Shown: positions 11,301 to 23,800 of the stretch, in pieces
Numbering within the stretch: position 1 is the first letter of the stretch
Layout: every line of letters starts with the position of its first letter
Source of the DNA: Octopus sinensis
Lineage: Eukaryota
Direction: 5' to 3'
DNA: 64,000 nucleotides
Assembly (NCBI RefSeq): GCF_006345805.1
Contig: NC_043000.1
Coordinates: 152,210,001-152,274,000, forward strand
Notes under the pieces: generated by a model
Told to the model about the DNA's origin: nothing
Seen by the model: only the letters and a program-made list of their open reading frames with translations
Databases searched by the model: none
Position numbers and translations under genes: made by a program

Positions 11301-14300
11301 CTTCATTCCTCTCTCGTCTTTGCATGTCTTCTGTATTCAGAGCTCATGTTTCACTAGCATGCAGCACAATTGTTCATAAGCATGCAAATGGCAGTGCCCC
11401 AGCATGGCCACAGCTCGTGAGCTGAAACTAGATAAAATAAAAAAATAAAATAAAAATAAATACAATCTACCTTTCAATCTGAGAGAAAGAGAGAGAGGCC
11501 TCTTTTTACAAGCAGAGGTCTTTTCGAACTCTTTCCATCCTCTTTTTATTTTTACTATTAGACTTTCAGAACATCCTCCTCTACTGCTAATTAGCCACCT
11601 ATTATAGATAACAGCAGCTATATACAACATCTATATACAACAAGGTGGCGAGCTGGCAGAATCGTTAGGACGCCGGGCGAAATGCATAGCCGTATTTCGT
11701 CTGCCGTTACGTGTTCTGAGTTCGAATTCCGCCGAGGTCGACTTTGCCTTTCATCCTTCCGGGGTCGATAAATTAAGTACCAGTTACGCACTGGGGTCGA
11801 TATAATCGACTTTATCCCTTTGTCTGTCCTTGTTTGTCCCCTCTGTGTTTAGCCCCTTGTGGGTAGTAAAGAAATATATACACAACATCTAGAAAGCCTC
11901 CTAGGTATTTGAGAAAATCTAATTGCCATGTATCATTAATGTTTATTTTTTCCTGTGCATCTGCTGCATATAAAGACCACTTTCTCTGTTGAGCTTCCTG
12001 TGATTTCTCTTGCACCTTTTATGTGTCCATAGCTTGGAATGGGTACAAAATATGGAATTCATTCCAACACCTCTCCTACATATTGAGCAGAGCCATTTAC
12101 CTGATAGAAAGAGTCTTAGCCATCTTCTTGCTAACTACAACTTTGGTCTTTGTTAGGTTAACTTTAAGGCTCTTTGAGTCCTGGTTTTGCATCCACACCT
12201 AAAATTTCTTTTCCAGTTCTGGTACAGATTCTATTGTAAGAATGGGGTCATTGGCATATAGAAGTTCTCAAAGCCACCGGTCTTAAATGCATCTCTTATG
12301 ATGTGGAATAAGAAGGGACTGAATACTAATCACTTAGTGGACTCGATCTTGTACACTAAATTTATTGCTGTACTCATAGCTAACTATCACTACTGACAGC
12401 GCCCCCTATACCTGTCTTGTATGACCCTAACAAGTCATTTGTCTACATCTAGCTTCTTAGAGACACTAGAGACACAAGAGTAAGGGACACTTTTGAAAGC
12501 TTTCTCCTTGGCAACAAATGCCAAATACAATTAGTTTATTTCTAACAAGATATTTCTTCTGCAGTTACCTTCTAAGAAGACTGCTTCCATAGTACTCCTC
12601 TTTGGTACAAAACCAAACTGCATCTCATCTAGTCTAATTCTACTCCTTATCAATTAGACTCCCTTTTTAACTTTCATGACTTGGTCCCACGATTCTATAC
12701 ATCTATAATTATATCTAAGGCATCTACTTTTGGAAGCACTCCGTCGGTTATGATGATGAGGGTTCCGGTTGATCCGAATCAACGGAACAGCCTGCTCATG
12801 AAATTAACGTGTAAGTGGCTGAGCACTCCACAGACACGTGCACCCTTAACGTAGTTCTCAGGGATATTCAGCATGACACAGAGTGTGACAAGGCTGGCCC
12901 TTTGAAATACAGGTACAACTGAAACAGAAAGTAAGAGTGAGAGAAAGTTGTGGTGAAAGAGTACAGCAGGGATCACCACCATCCCCTGCCGGAGCCTCGT
13001 GGAGCTTTTAGGTGTTTTCGCTCAATAAACACTCACAACGCCCGGTCTGGGAATCGAAACCGCGATCCTACGACTGCGAGTCCGCTGCCGTAACCACTGG
13101 GCCATTGCGCCTCCACAATCTAAGGCATCTACTTTACCCTTATGACAACTGACATTGGGTGTGACATCTACTTGTACAACTTAATTGGCTAAAGAGGTGA
13201 CTATGCTGCATTCGACTCTGCCAGATATTTTAGACACTTCAGCTGTGATTCCTGATGGACCAATGATTTTTTTTGCTTTTAATATCCTTGATTGCTTTAT
13301 CTATCAAACTGCTGTCAATTTGGATGATTGGTCCATCTGTTGGTTACATATTGGGAAGACCTTTCTCACAAGCACTCTTCACATTTAGTTGTTAGTTAGT
13401 TAGTTAATTTGGCTCAAAAGCAAATAGCAAGGCCATGTAGGGGGACATGGAGTTAAGTACAGGGTGGTGTTCATGTAAAGAGTTCAGGCCACTTGAGGTC
13501 AAGGGAGGCTTTGAACCAAGCGGTCATCGGCATCTTCACCATCTCGTCTGGCAGCTTGTTCCATGGATCCGCAACACGGACGGAGAAAGCTCCTCTCCTT
13601 CGATTGAGATGAAATCGTCGCAGGTAGAGCTTTTCGGAATGACCCCGCAGCCGACGCTCTGGAGCAGGAGTGAAGAACAGCTCTTTCAAGAGGTTACACT
13701 TTCCGCTTATGATGTTGTGGGCGAGAATGAGATCACCACGGCGGCGGCGTTTTTCTAGAGAATAAAGGTCGAGCGTCCTCAGCCTTTCTTCATAGGACAA
13801 ATTCTTGAGACCATGAACCATGCGGGTAGCCAGCTTCTGGACCCTTTCGAGATGCTGTATGTCTTTGAGGAGATAAGGAGAAGAGGCTTGAATCCCGTAC
13901 TCCAATATGGGTCTCCCCAGTGTGACATAGAGCGGTAGGAATATGGCTGCTGTGAGCATTCCGAATGACCGTCGAATCAAGAACAGAATTTGTTGGCAGC
14001 ATGGACGCACTGGGCCGAAGGCGAAAAGGAGGAATCCACCAAGATAGTAGCTTTCAGATGCACTTGCATGTGTGCATGAGTGCAAATACATAAACACACA
14101 GATTGAGATTCTGTGCAATTTTCAACTGACAAGTTTCACTTACAAGTTCTTGATTGATCAAACGATGCTATGGCACTCGTCCAAGATGTCTTGCTTAGCC
14201 ATTGAACTTGGAACCTCAGAGTTGCAAAACAAACTTCTTAACCACGCTGTTATGTCTGTACTGAATTGATAAGGTCTTCCTAAGGATGCATAAATTTCCA

Positions 14301-17296
14301 AGAAGAAATACTTATGGAGTTCTCACTTATGGAAGATTTATCTGAAGGACCTTCAAATTTAGTTTTTGTTCTTTTTTTGGCAGGTGTGCAGTGACCACAG
14401 GAATAGTTCTTGTAGTCTATTATTGTTATTGATATTAAGTTCAATACATGTTGCATCTGACTTTACTATCATTCACCTTTTTAAAGTCCATATACAAAAT
14501 ACCAATCAAGTACTGCACTCAGTTTATTTGATTACTCCTTGTAAATTTCTGGCTTTGTATTTATGCTAGAAATTACTGCTGCTATTAATATTGCTGCTGC
14601 TGCTGCTACTACCACCAGTTCTTTTATTAATTTCTCTTTTTAGATATTGTGGTAGCAACATTCCACCAGCTTTTACATCATCTTCAAGCAGAATCACTGT
14701 GATATTTAAGGCAGATAGTTCAGTTGCTTTCCGTGGATTCAAAGCGATGTATGGAGTTATCAACAATACAAATGGTAATACTTTTTAGTTGTTATACTTT
14801 CTGCTTTTTTACACCTTTGACTTATCACTGGAAGTAAGTATAGGCGCAGGAGTGGCTGTGTGGTAAGTAGCTTGCTAACCAACCGCATGGTTCCGGGTTC
14901 AGTCCCACTGCGTGGCATCTTGGGCAAGTGTCTTCTGCTATAGCCCCGGGCCGACCAATGCCTTGTGAGTGGATTTGGTAGATGGAAACTGAAAGAAGCC
15001 TGTCGTATATATGTATATATATGTATGTATGTGTGTGTGTTTGTGTGTCTGTGTTTGTCCCCCTAGCATTGCTTGACAACAGATGCTGGTGTGTTACGTC
15101 CCCGTCACTTAGCGGTTCGGCAAAAGAGACCGATAGAATAAGTACTGGGCTTACAAAGAATAAGTCCTGGGGTCGATTTGTTCGACTAAAGGCGGTGCTC
15201 CAGCATGGCCGCAGTCAAATGGCTGAAACAAGTAAAATAAAAAAAAATTTTTTAAATATGTAAGTTAGGAGTTATGCTGATAAATTGATGAATATATGGA
15301 CAGGAAAAGAAGTTAGGCAAATGATAAAGAGAAAAGAGTGTGTGCGTGCATGTGGGCACACACACACCCACACATGCGCGTGTGCACATTCATATGCATG
15401 TGTATGTCTGTCCTGTCTAATCTATTCAGTTGGGTGACTTGCACAAACCAGAAAGTGACACAGAAAAAAACAAGGAGAGAAAAAATGTGTGTAGTGACTA
15501 ATGATCTATCATGGCGACTTTTATATATTTGTTACTTATATTTGTTACTTTTATAATACATTGTATTTTTTTCAATTACATTTCTTTATATTTTATAGTC
15601 TGTGGAGGAACATATACTGCTTCGGAAGGGGTGCTGATGTCCCCAGATTATCCAGATCCATTAAGTAGACCTGTTAGGTGCATTTGGGTTATAAATGTAC
15701 AACAAAATACCCAGATACGGTTGAATGTTACTGACTTTGGTCTCGTCTCTGTAATAGGATGTTCATTGAATTTCTTAGAAATACGGTAAGTAAGAAACAC
15801 AGACTAAGCCAAAATATTAATTGACCACCAGTGAATTGATAACTTGCTCATGTGCGGCGGCACGTAAAAAGTACCATCTGAACATGGCCGATGGCAGTGC
15901 CCTTTGACTGGCCCCCATGCCAGTGGCACGTAAAAAGCACTACTTGAATGTGATTGATGCTAGACCTGCTTGACTGGCTCCTGTGTCAGCAGTGCATAAA
16001 AAGCACCCATTACACTCTCACAGTGGTTGGCGTTAGGAAGGGCATCCAGCTGTAGAAACATTTTGAGATCAGATTGGAGCCTGGTGCAGTCGCTGGCTCT
16101 CCAGACCTCAGTCAAACTGTCCAACCCATGCTGGCATTGAAAATGGACATTAAGCAATGATGATGATGATATATATATATGTGTGTGTGTGTGTATATAT
16201 ATATATATGAATATATGTGTATATACATATGTGAATGTATATATATATATATATTTATGTGGAGGCGCAATGGCCCAGTGGTTAGGGCAGCAGGCTCGTG
16301 GTTGTAGAATCACGGTTTCAATTCCCAGACCAGGCGTTGTGAGTGTTTATTGAGTGAAAGCACCTAAATCTCCACAAGGTTCCGGCAGGGGTGGTGGTGA
16401 TCCCTGCTGTACCCTTTTGTCACAATTTTCTCTCACTCTTTCTTCTATTGGCCTGCTCGCTTAGCCAGTGGGGTGGTGTCATTTGAAGGTTAAAACAATG
16501 TGAAGCACATTGTGACCAGCGATCTGTAGCAACATCTGATAGCCTGGTCAGTCACGGTGATCACGGTGATATATATATTTATCTATATATATATATATAT
16601 AACCTTCTCTCAATAAATAAATGTATATTTATTCAAAACCAGTTATTTTCACACTGACTGTTGGCAACCTATCTATGCACATTCTTCTTCATCATCATCA
16701 TCATCGTTTAACGTCCGCTTTCCATGCTAGCATGGGTTGGACGATTTTGACTGAGGGCTGGCGAACCAGATGGCTGGTTTGATTTGGCAGAGTTTCTACA
16801 GCTGGATGCCCTTCCTAATGCCAAGCATTCCGAGAGTGCTTTTTACATGCCATCGGCACAAGGGCCAGTCAAGCAGTACTGGCAACGACCTCGCTCGAAT
16901 CTTTTTACACATGCCACCAGCACAGGTGCCAGTAAGGCGACGTTGGTAATGATCACGCTCGAATGGTGCCCTATTCCAACAGATAGCAGCCATTTTTTGG
17001 GATTGGTTAACATTTTCACTGTCAGAAATTATTAGGCAAGTATAATAAAAATGATAATTTTGTCAGAACAAACATTTATTTAATTCAACGGTAAAGGTTT
17101 AACAAAATACTTATTCATAAAGTACTTAATGGCGCAGAAGTGGCTGTGTGGTAAGTAGCTTGCTAACCAACCACATTGTTCCGTGTTCAGTCCCACTGCG
17201 TGGCATCTTGGGCAAGTGTCTTCTGCTATAGCCCCCGGGCTAACCAATGCCTTGTGGGTGGATTTGGTAGACGGAAACTGAAAGAAGCCTGTCGTA

Positions 17297-17339
<43 letters not shown>

Positions 17340-18615
17340 ATTTGTGTGTCTGTGTTTGTCCCCCTAGCATTGCATGACAACCGATGCTGGTGTGTTTACG
17401 TCCCCATCACTTAGCGGTTCGTCAAAAGCGACCAATAGAATAAGTACTGGGCTTACAAAGAATAAGTCCTGGGGTCGATTTGCTTGACTAAAAGGCGGTG
17501 CTCCAGCATGGCCGCAGTCAAATGACTGAAACAAGTAAAAGAGAGTAAAAGAGTAATGGTAAATACAATAATACGTTTGAATGAAAATAATCATTGGATT
17601 ATTCTATCGTACAGCTCCTAAAGTTGGATGTATGATCCTCCACATGCAATAATCTTCCTTATGCACTGCTCCACTGAATTTGTCAAGCTGATGATATCCT
17701 CTTGTGTCATGCTTTGAGCAGGGGGCAACTTTACTTGAAAACTGGTAAATGTAACTCTTCAGGACACTCCATAGGTTCTCGATCAGGTTTAAGTAAGGGG
17801 AACATGGTGGCCACTCCATCAAACGACCTCCAGCAAAGCCTATTTGATGCAGATATTCCTTAGAATTCTTCACAGCATGAGATGGGGTATTATCTTGCAT
17901 AAAGACCAGCTTTCTCTTGAATGAAAGTTTTTGCTTGTTAACCCTTTAGTATTTAAACCGGCCATATCCGGCCAAAATAGTTAATCTGTTTTATGTTCAA
18001 ACTAACCAGATCCAGGCTCTCACACCTACCCTACAATGTTATTCTACATTAGGTAATTACACCATCAAGATCTTGAAGATATGAGATAATGCATGATTAA
18101 TTCAAATTAATGGGAATCAATAGGCATTATGTTTGATTGAATAATCAGAACACTAAAGGGTTAAACCACGGCTGGAAATTGTCCTTTAAGAAGGTAACAT
18201 ATGTTTTTGATGTCATCTTGATGCCATCAGGAACTTTCCATGGCTTGACCATCGTACCACCAATGAGGTCAGCCCAACACTTGACGCCACCTCCCCACCC
18301 CCTGTTGGTATCTCAAACGATGAGGACAGTTCCTGCTGATTGATACCCAATCTTTACTCCAGCCATCTGTTGGTTTTTCTTTTTCCAAGCTCTGATAAGA
18401 TGGTAGACTTCTCATTTGAGGTAAGATCACGTTTCTGACCCATAATGACATTTAAATTGGGCACCTGCCTAATAATTTGGAATAGCAGAAATGTTGCTGC
18501 TACATGATAATGGCTGCTGAGTATTGCCACCAGTCAGTGGGGAAACGGCTGATTTTGAATGAATATACATCTTTTTATTGAGAGAAGGTTGATTTGCCTA
18601 ATAATGTGGGACACA

Positions 18616-18658
<43 letters not shown>

Positions 18659-19940
18659 GTGTGTATTTGTGTGTCTGTGTTTGTCCCCCTAGCATTGCAT
18701 GACAACCGATGCTGGTGTGTTTACGTCCCCATCACTTAGCGGTTCGTCAAAAGCGACCAATAGAATAAGTACTGGGCTTACAAAGAATAAGTCCTGGGGT
18801 CGATTTGCTTGACTAAAAGGCGGTGCTCCAGCATGGCCGCAGTCAAATGACTGAAACAAGTAAAAGAGAGTAAAAGAGTAATGGTAAATACAATAATACG
18901 TTTGAATGAAAATAATCATTGGATTATTCTATCGTACAGCTCCTAATGTTGGATGTATGATCCTCCACATGCAATAATCTTCCTTATGCACTGCTCCACT
19001 GAATTTGTCAAGCTGATGATATCCTCTCGTGTCATGCTTTGAGCAGGGGGCAACTTTACTTGAAAACTGGTAAATGTAACTCTTCAGGACACTCCATAGG
19101 TTCTCGATCAGGTTTAAGTAAGGGGAACATGGTGGCCACTCCATCAAACGACCTCCAGCAAAGCCTATTTGATGCAGATATTCCTTAGAATTCTTCACAG
19201 CATGAGATGGGGTATTATCTTGCATAAAGACCAGCTTTCTCTTGAATGAAAGTTTTTGCTTGTTAACCCTTTAGTATTTAAACCGGCCATATCCGGCCAA
19301 AATAGTTAATCTGTTTTATGTTCAAACTAACCAGATCCAGGCTCTCACACCTACCCTACAATGTTATTCTACATTAGGTAATTACACCATCAAGATCTTG
19401 AAGATATGAGATAATGCATGATTAATTCAAATTAATGGGAATCAATAGGCATTATGTTTGATTGAATAATCAGAACACTAAAGGGTTAAACCACGGCTGG
19501 AAATTGTCCTTTAAGAAGGTAACATATGTTTTTGATGTCATCTTGATGCCATCAGGAACTTTCCATGGCTTGACCATCGTACCACCAATGAGGTCAGCCC
19601 AACACTTGACGCCACCTCCCCACCCCCTGTTGGTATCTCAAACGATGAGGACAGTTCCTGCTGATTGATACCCAATCTTTACTCCAGCCATCTGTTGGTT
19701 TTTCTTTTTCCAAGCTCTGATAAGATGGTAGACTTCTCATTTGAGGTAAGATCACGTTTCTGACCCATAATGACATTTAAATTGGGCACCTGCCTAATAA
19801 TTTGGAATAGCAGAAATGTTGCTGCTACATGATAATGGCTGCTGAGTATTGCCACCAGTCAGTGGGGAAACGGCTGATTTTGAATGAATATACATCTTTT
19901 TATTGAGAGAAGGTTGATTTGCCTAATAATGTGGGACACA

Positions 19941-19984
<44 letters not shown>

Positions 19985-20831
19985 ATATTGAGTCATCCCT
20001 TAATTTGCTATTATTCTTGGTGCAAGTTTTGAAGGGTGTATGTGTTTGTGTGTGAGTACATGTGTGTGTATGTGTGTATGTGTGTGTGTGTGCACGTGTT
20101 ACTGTCTTTTTGTTTTGACATTGTATGTTAGTTGTAAAAGCGTGTCATTATCATGCCTGTGATGTCCTTTCTTTCCAATCTTCTGTGAAAACATGTCTGG
20201 TCATGAGAAAATGTTACCTTACTTGGAAACAGGTGAGGGTTAGTGAACAGGAAGGGCAGCTGGCTGTAGAAAATCCACCTCAATGAACTCCGTCCAATCC
20301 ATGTGAACATGGAAAAGCGGATGTTAAATTGAAGATGATGACACTTCAATTTATTATAATTATTATCATCATCATAAGATGTGTAATTGAGAGAAATAGA
20401 AGCTGAATTAAAAGCCTTTATAGTATTTAATTTATTTTCTTGTGAGTTCAAATCCCACCTGAGTTGACTTCCATCGGTTCAGAGTCAATGGTATGAAAAC
20501 CAGACTTGTATTTTTCAGTCAATTATACCATTTCTGTGTGAGACTTGTTTTGTGCTTGGTGGAAAGAATTATATCATTTAATACTCTCTTTTAGTCTTTT
20601 ACTTGTTTCAGTCATTTGACTGCGGCCATGCTGGAGCACCGCCTTTAGTCGAGCAAATCGACCCCGGGACTTATTCTTTGTAAGCCCAGTACTTATTCTA
20701 TCGGTCTCTTTTGCCGAACCGCTAAGTGACGGGGACGTAAACACACCAGCATCTGTTGTCAAGCAATGCTAGGGGGACAAACACAGACACACAAACACAC
20801 ACACACACACACAGACAAACAAACACACACA

Positions 20832-20869
<38 letters not shown>

Positions 20870-23800
20870 TACGACAGGCTTCTTTCAGTTTCCGTCTACC
20901 AAATCCACTCACAAGGCATTGGTCGGCCCGGGGCTATAGCAGAAAACACTTGCCCAAGATGCCACGCAGTGGGACTGAACCCGGAACCATGTGGTTGGTT
21001 AGCAAGCTACTTACCACACAGCCACTCCTGCACCTAATACTGTAGCTTTTATTATTATCAAATTGACAGAAATTCCAGAATACTGGACAGATTTAATTTC
21101 ATTATTATTTAGTCATTAAAATAAGAACTGGTAATGAATATCTTCATCTGGTTGGACAACTTACCCAGACCAATGTAAATTTTCTGTGCCAGATGTGCCA
21201 GATGTGCCAATCATGTGCTGAGGCAGGAATGTCTGGCCTGCGCTTCAGTCACATTGGTCTTTTGCTAGCTGAAATATCTCATCTGCACAGGTCATGTCTA
21301 CAGATAATACCATCAGTTTGCTAACTCAAATGGTTGATCCTGGACGTTGACGTTTTATTGTGTGTTATTTTGTTTGACATTGACTCAATAAGTTCATTTG
21401 TTGAAGTTGTTCAAATCCACCAAGCTGCACATTCCCATGATTTCAACTTACATGCTATTTAATTTAGCCCATGGCTGGGACCCTGACATGTACTACTCAT
21501 CATCATTGTTCAACCATGGTTGAGACAATGGAATTTGCCATGCTATGCCAGACTTCACGGTCCATCATGGCATTATGGAGGTCCTGTTGCTGGATGCCTG
21601 TATCCCTGGAGATTACATCAGGGTAGGAGAGTGTGCGCCCTCTGGTATTGTGAGTAGATGGCTTCCAGAGGAGAAGAGTAGAAATTACCTCTTTTTCAGC
21701 TCTACAACAATGTCCAGCAAACTGGACTCTCTTACCTTTCACAAGAGATGACACAGGTGGTAGTTTCCCATATATTTGCATTTTGGTTGGATGGCGCTTC
21801 CACGAGAGTCTGGGTCAGACTAGACATGGGAACAAAACTGATTAAGAGGTGGTTCCACATTCTTCAAAATCTTGGGACTCCTGAATCAGGACTCCACTAC
21901 TGGATGCAGTTTAGCCATACCCATAATAAATATACTTGATGACCTACAAAGATGACCTTTTATCATGTTTGAAAAAAATAAATCTCAGACTACATCATAT
22001 TATGTAATTTTTTCTTTTGTAATAGTGTGATGTGGGTGAGATTTGGCTACTATTTCTACCTGGTTTAGCAAGACTGTAGATGTGTAGAGACATTCATGTT
22101 AGTTCATATTCATTTCTTTTATGAGTTTATACTGAAACTTCTGTTCTTGAAATATTTTCATCTAGACAGGGAAGTTATGAAACATCTCCACTTCTTGGAC
22201 GATACTGTGGCCAGAATATACCTCAAATAATATTATCTCACAGCAACCATTTGCGAGTTACACTGGTAAAGAAATACTCACGAAGCGTAAAAGGTTTCAA
22301 AATTCTCTATGATTCATTGACAACAGGCAAGTATATATATATCATCATTTTAGATGTTGGATTAAGTGGTAAGAAAGGATCTTCGGATGCTAGGCCTCAC
22401 TGGGGAAATGACTAGGGACTGGGAGATGTGGCGATTTGCTGTACTTGATAAGACAAGTGAAGCTAAGTAAAATCACTGTCATCCATAAATAGAAACTTGT
22501 CCTTTACAGGTGCTGTGTAAATCCACCCATGCCATGACATGTAAAACACATCCAGCACTCTCTGTAAAGTGGAAGGGCATCCAGCCATAGAAACCATGTC
22601 ACAACAGACAATTGGAGTCTGGTCAGCTCACTGGCTGGTCAGATCTTGGGAAACCTATTTCTTTACTACCCACAAGGGGCTAAGCACAGAGAGGACAAAC
22701 AAGGACAGACAGACAGATTGAGTCGATTATATCAATCCCAGGGCGTAACTGGTATTTATTTAATCGACCCTGAAAGGATGAAAGGCAAAGTTGACCTCGG
22801 CGGAATTTGAACTCAGAACTTAGTGGTAGACGAAATACTGCTAAGCATTTCACTCGGCGTGCTAATGATTCTACCAGCACGCCATCCTACCAGCACGGAA
22901 AATAGATATTTAACAATGATGATGATGTTAATGTATCAGTGACATCATCAGCATTATTTTAATGTTCCACGTTTTTTATGCTTGCATGGGTGAGATAGAA
23001 TTTTCTTGGAGCAGGCCATAAGTGGAGGGTAGCAGATAAAAAGAAAATGTTAAATTGAATTTAATAGGTTTGTGTTTTTAATTAACTTGAGTCACAAAAT
23101 CAAAAATTAAAATGAAACAGAAGTTAAAAAAGAAAACAAAATTCTGCTACAACTAAAGTGAATGTCATCCACATTGAAGGACTACAATAAATATTAACAT
23201 TTTTAAAAGTAAAGAACTGCATTCATAATAATATAGATGCAAGCATGGCTGTGTGGTTAAGCAGTTTGCTTTGCAGCCGCATAGCTTTGGGTTCCGTCCC
23301 TTTGCACTATGCCTTGACCAAATATTTTCTAACATAGTCTCAGGCAAAACAGTAGCTTGTAGATGGATTTACTAGATGGAAACTGCAGAAGATCATCATT
23401 GTGATTGTCTCCCACCACCTGACGACTGCTATTTGTTTGTTTGTGAGCTTAGCTGTTTAGGAATAAGAAACTGATGGAATAAGTAAAGTTATAAGTATTT
23501 GGAGCAAATTGACTGACTAAAACCCTTCAAGTTGGTACTCCAGTATAGCTGCAGTCCAGTCACCGAAACAAGTAAAAGAATGAAAGAATTGTGAAGTAGT
23601 GTAATATGCACAATGAAATAGAATGTCATTTTTCCATCATTTTTTTCCATTTTAATGCATTCTTTCGCTATTATATAAGGGAAGTAACTCTCTAAAAATG
23701 TCTACGATGAGTCAACGATTTAAAAAAAAAATTTACCATCATTTTTTTTCCATTTTTAATGCATTTTTTTGCTATTTTTTGGCTATAACTCTCTAAAAAT

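Larger units (their letters stand above)
10222..13180 (-). mobile_element. Decayed RTE LINE (RT remnants plus 3' UTR), interrupted by SINE-C, SINE-A and an orphan tail
   Basis: Minus-strand remnants such as YANDPILTIESVPELEK (degenerate YADD) and the RTE C-terminal region near 11030-11170; (GAT)n tail at 10222. Confidence 0.6.
17334..19943. repeat. Near-perfect 1325-bp tandem duplication bounded by (TA)n tracts
   Basis: 17334-18618 vs 18659-19943; identical ORF pairs offset by 1325; two substitutions noticed. Confidence 0.95.

Noticed and set aside
22167-22169. Alternative CAG acceptor for exon 6
   Set aside because: Shifts the frame and loses the GSYETSPLLGRYCG motif
22331-22332. Canonical GT donor for exon 6
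   Set aside because: Gives phase 2 and a weak context (gtatat), which is out of frame with exon 7
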